From an uncultured Verrucomicrobiae bacterium (lineage in GTDB: Bacteria; Verrucomicrobiota; Verrucomicrobiia; Limisphaerales; Palsa-1400): a DNA stretch of 64,000 nt. Below the pieces are notes generated by a model. It had not been told where the DNA came from and made no database searches. It was given only the letters and a program-made list of their open reading frames with translations. The stretch lies in the NCBI GenBank assembly GCA_963702845.1, contig OY969763.1, positions 1,248,001-1,312,000 of the forward strand, written 5' to 3'. The translations under genes were made by a program, and so were the position numbers. Position 1 is the stretch's first letter. The number at the start of each line of letters is the position of its first letter. Positions 41,943 through 51,763 of the stretch are shown piece after piece.

Positions 41943-44543
41943 CTACTTCGCCGACGTCTTCATCTCTTTCGACGACGTTACCCAAAACGGACTGCCCCAG
42001 GCGATCTCGTCATCGCCCTGGATAACGCGCACGTAGTAGTAAGTCGCCTTGCCGTATTCGGGCAGGGGAGGCGTCCAGGTCAGGCGAACTTCGTTCTTGT
42101 TGATCGGCTTCTTCACGTCGCCTTCGGCGTGAACAATTTTGCCGTTGCTGAAAATCTCGACCTGCCGAATCGGCGCGGTGCCGCGTGCGTAAACAGAAAT
42201 TTCCGCCGGCTTATCCAACGAAAATTCCTCGCCCATGAAATGGTCGCCCATGCGTGTATCCAATACGAGTCCATAGGTGGTTGAAGCGTAGCAGCGCCGA
42301 TCTTGCAAGCCTTTGAATGCTGCCTGTCGCGAATTTTCGGTTGCGTAGGCAACAGCGTAAGCCGTGCCCCAACCGTGGTCGCTCGAGCAGATAAAGCCCA
42401 TGTGATAATCTTTCGCCAATCCGTCCTGCACGAAACAATTCTTCTTTGTCGCATTCACGTGCTGACGCGGGCAGCCGTCATATTCGTACGAACCGCGGCA
42501 CGCCTGGAACATTTCGATCAACCGCTCGTATTTATCGTTGTGCACATCAAAACGCGTGCCCATGCCGGGATCCGCGCTCGTGTGCGGAATCGTCAGCGCA
42601 GGCCGGCCAATCTTATCCAGCGTGGACCAAAGGCCTTCAATCGTATGTGTGCCTTCCAGCGAATGCCGCAAAATCGGAGCCGGCTTTTCCGCCCAAATCA
42701 CGTTGTGATGTCCGACCGGCCAACCTGCGGTCCATTCATAGCCATACAGCACCGAGAAATATCCCGGCACATTGTAAAGGTCGGCGAGCTTTTGAATCCG
42801 CCACCAATTGAAATCCGTCGTGTGCTCCGCGTGATCGCTCATGCACAAGAAATCGTATTGGCAGATGTCGTGCGAATACTTGTAATGATCATCTGGCGAC
42901 GGTTCATTTCCGGTGCTGCAACGCGAGATGTTTGAGTGCTTGTGCAAATCGCCCCAGAGCAATGTGTATTTTTGGCCGTGAATTTCCGTTTCATAATGGG
43001 CCGCATCACGTGACACTCGCGGGTAAGTCGTCGCGTCGATAATCTTACGCGGAATCAAGCTAGTCGCCGCCGCATCGCCGTCAGCGCTGCGATTAAGTTG
43101 CGCAAAATAAATATCACCGTTGTAGCCGTATACGCGGCCGAAGTCGCCGTGATGGTCTTCCGGTTCGCCTTGGGTGTCTTGATACGCTTCAGGTTTGCGT
43201 GCAAAAAACGGCGCGGACAAACGACGGCGATGCTCCATCTCATACGAGATTTGCACGCCATTCGACGACGGCAACATCGCAACTTCCTCCAGGTTGCCAT
43301 CGCTCGATGGCAACATCTCTGGCCCGCTCCATTTGCCGCCACGGTAAGATTGCACAAAAACATCCCACCAATATGGCCCGCGGAGTTTGTCCTTAGCTTT
43401 CTTCGCCTGCTGACCGCCGGCTTGCGCTTTTGCCTTTTTCCCTTTTCCTTTCGCCTTCGGTTGTTCTTCCGTTCCCGGAGGTTGGACCTGTTTGATCAAC
43501 GCGCGATAAGCGACCCAAACCGTTCCGTTCCCATCAATCGAAATTCTCGGCACCGCCGTGTGTGCTAATTTATATTCGTCGGGCGGCTGTAACGATTTTG
43601 GTGTGTTCGGCAAGGTGAGAAACTTTCCATCGTCTAAAACCGCCATGCGCACGCGCGCGATCAACGGCTTCTGATTCGGGTTCTCGGGATCGTTCAATTG
43701 CTCAGTCGGCCGCTTCTTCAGATTCGCACCGGTGATCGTCATGTTGCCCGATTCGCCATGCCGCGGCACCTTCACCGAATCCCACACCAACCAAACGCGC
43801 CCATTTTTGTCAGCCGCCATCGAAGCGTGCAAATCATATTCACCACGCGCGCCCAGCCGAATCTCCTTTGCATCGGGAACATCCGCGCGCTTCACAAACA
43901 AGTCGTAGTCGCCCTCGCGATAACTCGTCCACGCAAACCAAAGTTGATTGCGCGAGTCATAAACAACCGCCGGATCCCAGTCGTCGTATTTATCGTGGGT
44001 GAGCGCGACCGCGTCGCTCCACTTTCCGTCCGCAAAAGTTTTCAGCACGATGTCATACTGGCCTTCACGAAACTCCTGCCAAACCACCGCGAGCTTGCCG
44101 TCTTTGGCGACCGCGACTTCCTGGTTCTGCGCGGCGTATTGGGGTGTCGATATCACGACCGGCTCCGACCAGGCGCCGGATTTGCGTTCCGAATACATGA
44201 TGCTCGCCAGCTTGTTATCGGCGCTCTCTGTCCAAAGCGCACAAACCGAATCATTGAGCCGTGCGAGAGTGGGCCGGACAATTTGCGCGCGCGTTTTATT
44301 CACCTGTTCCGGCGCCGACCATTTGCCATCCTTCTTCGAAACGACCATGACCGCGTCGCCTTCGGGATGGTGATAGCCGACATAACCCGTCCAGACCGTC
44401 CCGTCCGCCGTCTCGCACATCGTCGGCTGCGTATCGTAAGTCGTCTTGGGCGTGAGCAAATAAGGCTTAACCTTCGCCTCATCACCAAACGCGACCAACG
44501 TCTGCAAAATCGCAAGACCAACCAGGAGCTCTTTTTTCATCAT
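41943..44543 (-). CDS. Secreted protein: beta-propeller-like N-terminus plus PHP-type metallohydrolase (DUF3604/CehA-McbA-like)
   Basis: WGDLHKHS, SDH, GYEWT, GHHNV, SSDH and YYYVRV.Q...AWGSP. Confidence 0.8.
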   Translation of the reverse strand: MMKKELLVGLAILQTLVAFGDEAKVKPYLLTPKTTYDTQPTMCETADGTVWTGYVGYHHPEGDAVMVVSKKDGKWSAPEQVNKTRAQIVRPTLARLNDSVCALWTESADNKLASIMYSERKSGAWSEPVVISTPQYAAQNQEVAVAKDGKLAVVWQEFREGQYDIVLKTFADGKWSDAVALTHDKYDDWDPAVVYDSRNQLWFAWTSYREGDYDLFVKRADVPDAKEIRLGARGEYDLHASMAADKNGRVWLVWDSVKVPRHGESGNMTITGANLKKRPTEQLNDPENPNQKPLIARVRMAVLDDGKFLTLPNTPKSLQPPDEYKLAHTAVPRISIDGNGTVWVAYRALIKQVQPPGTEEQPKAKGKGKKAKAQAGGQQAKKAKDKLRGPYWWDVFVQSYRGGKWSGPEMLPSSDGNLEEVAMLPSSNGVQISYEMEHRRRLSAPFFARKPEAYQDTQGEPEDHHGDFGRVYGYNGDIYFAQLNRSADGDAAATSLIPRKIIDATTYPRVSRDAAHYETEIHGQKYTLLWGDLHKHSNISRCSTGNEPSPDDHYKYSHDICQYDFLCMSDHAEHTTDFNWWRIQKLADLYNVPGYFSVLYGYEWTAGWPVGHHNVIWAEKPAPILRHSLEGTHTIEGLWSTLDKIGRPALTIPHTSADPGMGTRFDVHNDKYERLIEMFQACRGSYEYDGCPRQHVNATKKNCFVQDGLAKDYHMGFICSSDHGWGTAYAVAYATENSRQAAFKGLQDRRCYASTTYGLVLDTRMGDHFMGEEFSLDKPAEISVYARGTAPIRQVEIFSNGKIVHAEGDVKKPINKNEVRLTWTPPLPEYGKATYYYVRVIQGDDEIAWGSPFWVTSSKEMKTSAK

Positions 44544-44579
44544 AAAAAATCTGTGTTTCATCAGTGGCTAAAAACAATT

Positions 44580-45719
44580 TCAAAACGGCATCAACTTCAA
44601 ATTGAACGCCCGTTCCACCAGCCAGACCGCTGCAATCAGTACAATCCCACACGACCCACCTGCGAGCACAATCCGCGGATAAACCCACGACACTCTTAGC
44701 GCATACGCCACCGGCAAAAATGCCCAAACAATCGCAAGCTGTCCCGCCTCAACGCCAAGGTTATAACCCAGCACCGTCACCGCCAGATTTTGCCGCGTGA
44801 TCCCCATGTCACTCAGCCCGCTGGCAAAGCCGAAGCCGTGGATCAATCCAAATCCAAACGCCACCATCCATTCGCGTCGCGTGAACAGCGGAAAAATATT
44901 GTTGGCCGCCGCAATCACCACCGAAGCCGCAATCGCCGACTCCGTCAGTCGCGATGGCAATTGCACCACGCCGAGTGTGGCCAACGAAAGTGTAATCGAA
45001 TGCGCGACGGTAAACGCCGTTACGACCTTCAGCACGTTCACCAAAGCCTTGCGAAATTCTCCAACCGGTTGCCAAGTTTTCTCACGTCGCCACAAAACCG
45101 ACGGCAACAGCAACGCCAACAAAAACAAAATGTGATCGAACCCACTCCAGATGTGCCAAATGCCTTCGCGCACAAACCCAAAAAATTGCCGTGCCAACTT
45201 TGGTTGAGTTAACTCAAACGTCTGCGTGGGCGCGTCGATTGTTAAACTGATCGTCCGTTGCTGTCCGTTCGCCTCAAGCGAAAGGCGGTTCAAAAACTTT
45301 GGATTCAGGTCATAAAACAAATCGCACGTGACCTGCAATGTCTCCGGCGCGACCGGTCCATCCAAATTCAACAACAATCCCACGTAAACGCCATTGAGGT
45401 GCGTTTCCAATTTATGCCCGGTGATCGTGATCTTGCGCTCCACCCCTTCAGTTTTGACATGGAGATGCGGCAGCACAAACGCGAGGATTGCATCATTGTG
45501 CGCCTGCAGCTCGTCGTCGGAAACCGTGCCGTCATCATTGTCGTCCAGTCCCAGCGCCGTATCTAAATCTGAAACGTTGAGATCCCATTGCCCGGTGACT
45601 GCGCCATTGGTGAAAGAAAAATTTAACCAACTATCATTCGCCTGATGCGCGCAAGCATGTGAACTGGCCATTGCCAGACACACGACCACACCGAGCCAAA
45701 CTTTTTTTGCGGAAAACAT
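44580..45719 (-). CDS. HupE/UreJ-family membrane protein
   Basis: GIWHIWSGFDHILFL, FTVAHSITL, FGLIHGFGFA and NLGVEAGQ. Confidence 0.9.
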   Translation of the reverse strand: MFSAKKVWLGVVVCLAMASSHACAHQANDSWLNFSFTNGAVTGQWDLNVSDLDTALGLDDNDDGTVSDDELQAHNDAILAFVLPHLHVKTEGVERKITITGHKLETHLNGVYVGLLLNLDGPVAPETLQVTCDLFYDLNPKFLNRLSLEANGQQRTISLTIDAPTQTFELTQPKLARQFFGFVREGIWHIWSGFDHILFLLALLLPSVLWRREKTWQPVGEFRKALVNVLKVVTAFTVAHSITLSLATLGVVQLPSRLTESAIAASVVIAAANNIFPLFTRREWMVAFGFGLIHGFGFASGLSDMGITRQNLAVTVLGYNLGVEAGQLAIVWAFLPVAYALRVSWVYPRIVLAGGSCGIVLIAAVWLVERAFNLKLMPF

Positions 45720-45825
45720 CAGCCAACCAATTCTGCGCGTTTCGGTCCGAGCGCTCAAGCTTAGGACGGTGTTGGAGTTAACGTGGATACACAAAATTCT
45801 GTAACTCAACCCGTGTGGTCGCCCG

Positions 45826-46023
45826 CTATCCCTTGGGTTTCCGTGAAGTTCCCCAGATCAGCCAGCCGGCCAGTGCCACGAGCAGGATCAGCCACCAAAA
45901 AACGCGCAGCTCGCGCGCCGCTAATTCGACAAATTCCTGGGCGGCCGGAAATGCGATGATTAGAACCGCAATGACCACGAGCAGGATAATCAACTGGATC
46001 AGTGCGCGAAGCCCGGGATTCAT
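45826..46023 (-). CDS. Small two-TM protein
   Basis: 65 aa, overlaps the stop of the upstream SPFH gene by 4 bp. Confidence 0.75.
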   Translation of the reverse strand: MNPGLRALIQLIILLVVIAVLIIAFPAAQEFVELAARELRVFWWLILLVALAGWLIWGTSRKPKG

Positions 46024-46841
46024 TGGCTCGTGGATTTTTCTCCGGATTCAAGCGGCAGGAGCAGGCCAGCGTTGCCGCCACTCACCACCGCGGGCACAAC
46101 AAGCGGCGATTTGCCGTTCCAACGTTCCACGATCTGCAATCGCAGGAAAGCCGGGTTCAGCTTCAACGCTTCGCCGCGCACTTTGAGAGCTTCCGCTTCG
46201 CCTTTCGCCTTGATGACTGCCGTCTCGGCTTCGACCTGCGCCTGGACCTGAAAAAAGCGCGCTTGTGCCGCTTGTTGCTCGGCGACCATCTTCGCTTCGA
46301 TCGCGCGCTCGAGTTCCTTTGATAAATCAATATTTCGAATCACGATATCGTCCACGTCGAGCTTCGACCCGATTTTAGCCTTCGCTGCCGCCAACGCTTT
46401 TTCTTTAATCTCTTCGCGTTGCTTGACGATTTGCTCCGCCGTCTTCATGGCAGACACTTCTTTGATCGCCTCCTGGACGCGTGGCGCAATCAAGCTATCG
46501 AACGGATCGCCGGCAAACTGCTTATAAATTTGAACGACCGAATCCTCCGGAACGCGATAGAGAATTCGCAAGTCCATTATGACCTGTTGCATATCGGAGG
46601 AGAAGCAATCCGCCCGCAACGATTGCGTGCGTTGGCGCACGTTCATCGGAACGATCGATGTAATAAAAGGAGCCTTATAGCCAAATCCGCTCGGCAGGAA
46701 ACGATCCTCCGCTTTCCCAAGCGTTACTTTGATGCCGCGCGTTCCGGGTTCCACGACATACGTCATCGACGAGACGGTGATGATCGCAACGAATACGAGC
46801 ACTCCGGCCCCGATGACTTTCAGCAGCGAGAACTGGTTCAT
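46020..46841 (-). CDS. SPFH/prohibitin-family protein
   Basis: N-terminal TM helix; AIEAKMVAEQ and AKGEAEA coiled coil. Confidence 0.9.
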   Translation of the reverse strand: MNQFSLLKVIGAGVLVFVAIITVSSMTYVVEPGTRGIKVTLGKAEDRFLPSGFGYKAPFITSIVPMNVRQRTQSLRADCFSSDMQQVIMDLRILYRVPEDSVVQIYKQFAGDPFDSLIAPRVQEAIKEVSAMKTAEQIVKQREEIKEKALAAAKAKIGSKLDVDDIVIRNIDLSKELERAIEAKMVAEQQAAQARFFQVQAQVEAETAVIKAKGEAEALKVRGEALKLNPAFLRLQIVERWNGKSPLVVPAVVSGGNAGLLLPLESGEKSTSQ

Positions 46842-46842
46842 A

Positions 46843-47706
46843 TTATTGGCGCCGGCGTTGTGGGGCGGGCGCTGGGTGTTGGGTGCTGTCGGCATTGTTT
46901 TGCTGCGGGCGTAAACGTTCCAGGTCTTGCAGTGGTAACATGGTTCGGTCCCCGCCGCCGATGACCAGCGGAATCAGGCCGTCCCACTTCTCCACGATTT
47001 TCAAATCAAGCACCACCGGATTTTCTTTCAATGCCTGGCCGCGAATGCGAATGGATTCAGCTTCGCCTTTGGCTTTGATGACCGAAGTATCGGCATCGAT
47101 CTGCGTTCGCTGTTGAATATACTTCGATTTGGAAGCCTCTTGTTCCTGCACCATTTTCGCCTCAATCGCGCTTTCGAGTTCCTTCGTTAACGTGATGTTT
47201 TGGATCACGATGTCATCGACCACCAGCAGCGCTCCGACCTTTTTTCGCGCGATGTCGAGGGATCGTGTTTTGATTTGCTCACGGTTTTTGACGATTTGTT
47301 CCGCGCTTTGTAATGCGACCACCTCTTTCAAAGCTTCCTGTACGCGCGGCGCGACAAGGCTGTCGAACGGGTCGCCGTAATATTCCTGGAACAATTTCAC
47401 CACCGTGTTTTCCGGAACCCGAAACAGCACACGAAGCTCAACCTGAATTTGCTGCAAATCAGAAGAATAACATTCCGCTTTGTCCTCTGCCGTTTGTTGG
47501 CGGATTGAAACAGGGTAAATCGTGGTGATGAACGGCGACTTCATCCCGAAACCCTCTGCTTTAAAAGTTGGCGAAACTTTACCCATCGTCACCTCCACTC
47601 CGCGGTACCCTGGCGGGACAACGTATGTCCCGGCTGCTGCCATAATGATGACGATAAAAATGAGAATCGCCACACCGATTAATCGCGCGATTGTGCGTCC
47701 GGTCAT
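46843..47706 (-). CDS. SPFH/prohibitin-family protein (tandem paralogue)
   Basis: Same motifs as the neighbour (SSD.QQ, GDPFDSL.APRVQEA, AIEAKMV). Confidence 0.9.
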   Translation of the reverse strand: MTGRTIARLIGVAILIFIVIIMAAAGTYVVPPGYRGVEVTMGKVSPTFKAEGFGMKSPFITTIYPVSIRQQTAEDKAECYSSDLQQIQVELRVLFRVPENTVVKLFQEYYGDPFDSLVAPRVQEALKEVVALQSAEQIVKNREQIKTRSLDIARKKVGALLVVDDIVIQNITLTKELESAIEAKMVQEQEASKSKYIQQRTQIDADTSVIKAKGEAESIRIRGQALKENPVVLDLKIVEKWDGLIPLVIGGGDRTMLPLQDLERLRPQQNNADSTQHPAPAPQRRRQ

Positions 47707-47849
47707 GTCTTGTGAGCGCAGTCTATTTTGGCCCACCGACGAAACAAGCACTATTTAACGGGTGCGAGATCGGCAGACGTGTTTCCTCAAATTTCTTGAA
47801 TCCCGCATCCGTCGCGTCATTATTCGCGAAATCAACCAACCATCGGGCT

Positions 47850-49736
47850 ATGAAACAACCAAACTTCACTAAGGTCGGGTTTCTAAAAACGTACGTTCTA
47901 CCCGCCATCGTCATATTTCTCATTCCCGGCTTCGGCCTCTGGTTTTTCGACCACGTTGAGAAATGGCACGACACTCAATTTCGCGATCGGTTCGTCGCAC
48001 AGATTCGGGCTGACGGCAGTCTCACCGAGGAACAAAAACAAAAAGGCCTGGTCTTTTACCAGACCGTCTCCGTCTCAAAGATTCTTGCATCCAACAAACC
48101 CGAAATAAAGCCGCTGCAGGACAATTTCAAAAGTGTCAAAACTCGTTACGCAACGTTTCGTTGGATGAAGCGCGCCGCCAAACTCTGCCTTGAAAGTGGC
48201 CTGTTTACCTTTGTCGCCGTCGGCATCGGCGTGATGTTTTCGTTCACGTCACAAAAAGCTCAATATTGGAGCCTGCGCATCGGATGGATGATTCTGCGCC
48301 CCGTCGCTGTGATCCAGGTCGTGAGCCAGGGCGCCTTAGCCTTGGCGCTCTCCTATTGGGTCACGGCTTTTTATACAGAAAGCTACTATCCAAAACTGGT
48401 TCTCGTCGCCGGCTTGTTTGCCATCATTGGCGTCCTGGCCCTGATCGTAGCCATCTTCACCAAAGTCCCGCAAGACGCGGAGATTGAGGGACAGCTTTTG
48501 ACCAAAGAAGCCGCACCGGAACTTTGGCAACGTGTCGCCGAAATGGCCACCAAACTTGGCATCACTCCGCCGGACCAGATCTTCATCGGCATCGACGACA
48601 ATTTCTTCGTGACCGAACATCCCGTGACCGTTGGTGAGAAAAAATTCACCGGTCGCACGCTCTTTGCCAGCATTTCAATGTTGAAGACGATGACCCGCAG
48701 CGAAGCGGATGGCGTCCTTGCGCACGAACTCGCGCACTTCAGCGGCGAGGACACCCTCTATTCAAAACGCATCTCGCCACTCCTCGGCAAATATGGCGCT
48801 TATCTCACTGCGCTTTATCAAGGCGGTATCTCGCGTCCTGTGTTCCATTTCATGCACCTGTTCTGGAACCTCTACCAACTCTCGCTCCGCAAAATCAGTC
48901 GCGAACGCGAATTTCGCGCCGACCGCATCGGCGGTGAAATGACCTCGCCCGACAACATGTCACGCGCCCTCGTCAAAGTCGCCGCCTACTGTCGTTACCG
49001 TGCGCGAGTGCAACGAACGCTCTTCGGCACTGACGCAAAAGTGCAAACGATGAACGTTTTCGAGCGTCTCGAAAAAGGCTTCCCCGAGTTCATCACTGCG
49101 TGCGTCGGCGGCAAAGAAATCGCCGAATCGCGCACGCCCCATCCGTTTGACACTCACCCGCCGCTGTCCGGCCGTATCACCAACCTCGGCCTGCAACCCG
49201 AGACGATCCTTCATTCCGCCGTGAACCTGCCCGCCGTTTCCGATTCCTGGTTTTCCGCGATCGAAAACGCCGACACCATCGAAGCGGAGCAATGGAAACA
49301 ATTCGAAGACCGCTTTCATAAAGCCCACGAAGAATCCCTCGCCTGGCGTTTCAAACCTGAAGGCGAAAAAGAAATCGAACACGTCACCAAATATTTCCCT
49401 GCCATCGAATTCAAAACCGCCAAAGGCGCAACCATTGCGTTTACCTACGAAAACATCATCGCCTCGGAGTGGGGCGCCCCAATCGCTTACGCTTCAATTT
49501 CAAAATGTCGCCGCGAGGAAAGCTGGGGCAGGGAACGTTTGATCATCGAACACCACAACGACGATCGCACCAAGATTTTCAAAGTGAAGTTCGCCTACAA
49601 AGACTATAAACTCGACGGCGCCGACATCCTGAAAACCTTCGAACGCTACTACGGCCGCCATCTCACCGCCAAAAAATACGCCGAAGCCAAAGCCGCCGGA
49701 AAAGTCGACGAACTCGAAGAAGACGACGCTGAGTAA
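47850..49736 (+). CDS. M48-family membrane zinc metalloprotease
   Basis: LAHELAH, REFRAD and DTHPP motifs; several TM helices. Confidence 0.9.
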   Translation: MKQPNFTKVGFLKTYVLPAIVIFLIPGFGLWFFDHVEKWHDTQFRDRFVAQIRADGSLTEEQKQKGLVFYQTVSVSKILASNKPEIKPLQDNFKSVKTRYATFRWMKRAAKLCLESGLFTFVAVGIGVMFSFTSQKAQYWSLRIGWMILRPVAVIQVVSQGALALALSYWVTAFYTESYYPKLVLVAGLFAIIGVLALIVAIFTKVPQDAEIEGQLLTKEAAPELWQRVAEMATKLGITPPDQIFIGIDDNFFVTEHPVTVGEKKFTGRTLFASISMLKTMTRSEADGVLAHELAHFSGEDTLYSKRISPLLGKYGAYLTALYQGGISRPVFHFMHLFWNLYQLSLRKISREREFRADRIGGEMTSPDNMSRALVKVAAYCRYRARVQRTLFGTDAKVQTMNVFERLEKGFPEFITACVGGKEIAESRTPHPFDTHPPLSGRITNLGLQPETILHSAVNLPAVSDSWFSAIENADTIEAEQWKQFEDRFHKAHEESLAWRFKPEGEKEIEHVTKYFPAIEFKTAKGATIAFTYENIIASEWGAPIAYASISKCRREESWGRERLIIEHHNDDRTKIFKVKFAYKDYKLDGADILKTFERYYGRHLTAKKYAEAKAAGKVDELEEDDAE

Positions 49737-49813
49737 CGGAGCGTGGCGCGAAGGGGAAACCGGATGGGTTAAACTTCAGGATGCAAAGCTTCGTTATCTT
49801 TGGTTCGGTTCGT

Positions 49814-50113
49814 TCACGCTTTATGGCGATCCGGCGATTCTGGTTTCGAACTTTGCCAGCGCGACTCGATTAGCAGGAGCCCGCCGGCGAACGTAAACAG
49901 ATTGCCGACGAGACCGGCCATGCCAACATACGCAAGTTTTCGCAAGGAAAGGCTAATCACTTTTGATGATTCTGATCCCGCGTCGTTTTTGCTCCCGACG
50001 ATACAACTGCTAATGTGCTCCATCGCCGCGTGCGATGCTGGGCCGATCGCGACAAAACACAGTAGCGACCAGATAAAACCACCAAAGATCAAACTCAAAG
50101 CTATTGCACGCAT
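49814..50113 (-). CDS. Small two-TM hypothetical protein
   Basis: 99 aa with two hydrophobic segments; left edge of the accessory island. Confidence 0.55.
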   Translation of the reverse strand: MRAIALSLIFGGFIWSLLCFVAIGPASHAAMEHISSCIVGSKNDAGSESSKVISLSLRKLAYVGMAGLVGNLFTFAGGLLLIESRWQSSKPESPDRHKA

Positions 50114-50122
50114 TTTTTTTAA

Positions 50123-50160
50123 ACGAACAGCGGGTTGTATATCACCAACCCGCCGTTCGT
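50123..50160 (-). terminator. Strong 15-bp hairpin downstream of the 206-aa gene
   Basis: ACGAACGGCGGGTTG-8 nt-CAACCCGCTGTTCGT on the minus strand (one G-U pair); no canonical U-tract. Confidence 0.55.
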
Positions 50161-50170
50161 CGAAATGTTA

Positions 50171-50791
50171 TTACGGTTTGCAACTGACCACGACTTCGTT
50201 GCTGAAGTTGCCGACGACTTCATTGCCGGTCATGAATTTGGCGCGGTATTCGCGCAACTCGGCTTTGCCGACGGCGAGCATGGGCCGGTCGTCGAGGTAA
50301 GGAAAATGCAGGACGACGGTCAAACGCGTGAAGTCCGGTTCATCGCCGCGTTTGCAATAGATGCAGATCGCCTCGCTGACGCCGAGCGTGGCGCGCAGTT
50401 CGACGATGCCGCCGCCTTTATCGACGGCGCTCAATACCGGCGCGGATGTGTTCAGGTCCTCGGTAATTTCCGGGCCGACGATGCCGAGAGCGTCGGCGAT
50501 GGCCGGTGTCAAACCGCTGGAGGCGCGGGCTTTTTTGGCGGCGAGCCGGGCGTGGGTTTCCGCGCCGAGACGACTCATCGTTTTGGCGTCGGCGGCGGCT
50601 TTGGCGGCTGCTTTGGCCGCGACGTTGGCGGGGAACTTGATGTGAAGATCGGTGTTATCAGCCGTAATCGCGGCAGTGTCACCGGGAACTAACCCAAGAG
50701 TGGCCGCATTGGCCAACAGCTGGGTCTTAAAGTTGTCATGCCAGGCCAGGAAGGCGTCGTCTGAATGGGGAATGAATCCGTCTCGTTGCAT
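50171..50791 (-). CDS. Uncharacterised protein: helical N-terminus plus FN3-like beta C-terminus
   Basis: 206 aa with strong codon bias; FIP..D..FLAW..NF and REYRA......G.FS.EV patterns. The fold call is inference. Confidence 0.82.
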   Translation of the reverse strand: MQRDGFIPHSDDAFLAWHDNFKTQLLANAATLGLVPGDTAAITADNTDLHIKFPANVAAKAAAKAAADAKTMSRLGAETHARLAAKKARASSGLTPAIADALGIVGPEITEDLNTSAPVLSAVDKGGGIVELRATLGVSEAICIYCKRGDEPDFTRLTVVLHFPYLDDRPMLAVGKAELREYRAKFMTGNEVVGNFSNEVVVSCKP

Positions 50792-50854
50792 ATGTTTCTT
50801 GTTTCTAAGGGTTTATACCATTGTTTAGGGCTAGTTTTTGGAGACGTAGAAGGT

Positions 50855-51052
50855 TTGTCCAGAGCCGCTGGCGTGTTGTCCAGCGCCGCTGGACAGTTGG
50901 CTGGAGCCGCTGGACAGTTGTCCAGAACGGCTGGATTGCTGGCCAGAACCGCTGGCTCCTTGTCCAGAACCGCTGGACAATTGGCCAGAGCCGTCAGCCA
51001 CTTGGCCAGCGCCTTTGGACAGTTGGCCAGAACAGCTGGCCACTTGGCTGGA
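50855..51052. repeat. Tandem array of about 9.5 x 21-bp internally palindromic units
   Basis: Consensus TTG(T/G)CCAG-a(a/g)ccg-CTGG(A/C)CAx. The unit at 50960-50980 is a perfect TTGTCCAG-N5-CTGGACAA. Confidence 0.95.
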
Positions 51053-51212
51053 GGGAATATTTGCTCGAACGAAGGAAGGACCCATTGCGCCCAAGTTCCG
51101 GATACCAATTCCGAAATGCCCGACCATGCTTTTTTGAACCCGCCACATTTTCCGGCGGCGTTTGTGCCAAAGGCCCAAGGCGAGGTCAAGTGCCATTTAG
51201 TTTACAAGCCGC

Positions 51213-51294
51213 CGCCAAACCTGCGCGCCACCTTTAAAACCCTTGTTCGCGGATTGAAAGTATGCGAACTGTTGGCGCAGATTAGTTGTTAGCT
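51213..51294 (+). mobile_element. attI-like recombination site, copy A1 (core GTTAGCT)
   Basis: 73/78 nt identical to 54737-54814; similarity ends within the GTTRRRY core, 7 nt before an ATG. Confidence 0.7.
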
Positions 51295-51301
51295 CGAACA
51301 G

Positions 51302-51763
51302 ATGACCGTCTTGCGCCAAATATTTGGGTTTGCTTCCGCCTGCTTCGTGGGCGTGCTTCTCCCAGTCGCTGCCGAGGTTTACGACGGAGTGTACCGGCAT
51401 TCACATGGTTCTCCAGCTCCATGGCCGAGCAGCCTCTTCCCCAAGGTTCAATTCGTTGCTCTAGGCAGCGCATTGGTCGGTCTGCTTGTCGGAGTTATTG
51501 GTGTCGGCCTGTTGCATTGGGCGCACCGCGTCAGACTAAAAGACTACGTGATTGCAGGGTTGGTTTTGGGAGCAGGGAGTGGAGCGTCTTTCACAGCGAT
51601 TTCCCGCATCCCGACTGACCCTGCTGTGTCTTGGGTCGTATTCATCGTGCTGCCGTCGCTCTCGATGGCCATTGGTTTTACCTGCTATTGGTGTATTTGT
51701 ATTCGTGGTGCAGCTAACAAGCTCACTGGAGCGAATGCGGGCGAAACTCCCGAGCTTAGTTGA
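51302..51763 (+). CDS. Gene-cassette-like four-TM hypothetical protein
   Basis: Flanked by GTTAGCT (51288-51294) and complementary AGCTAAC (51712-51718); reads through the attC remnant. Confidence 0.75.
   Translation: MTVLRQIFGFASACFVGVLLPVAAEVYDGVYRHSHGSPAPWPSSLFPKVQFVALGSALVGLLVGVIGVGLLHWAHRVRLKDYVIAGLVLGAGSGASFTAISRIPTDPAVSWVVFIVLPSLSMAIGFTCYWCICIRGAANKLTGANAGETPELS
51712..51743 (+). mobile_element. Truncated attC (left half only)
   Basis: AGCTAAC-aagctc-ACTGGAGC-gaatgcgggcg (R'' box, spacer, L''-like box); no right arm seen. Confidence 0.6.

Noticed and set aside
50855..51052. CRISPR array
   Set aside because: Units are contiguous 21-mers with no unique spacers, and no cas genes are present.
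51244..51270. Verrucomicrobial LexA box
   Set aside because: The reported motif is TGTTC-N4-GAACA; here TGTTC and GAAC are 17 nt apart.
51271..51299. Chromosomal dif site
   Set aside because: Only about 6/11 matches per arm to E. coli dif, and the right arm differs in each copy.
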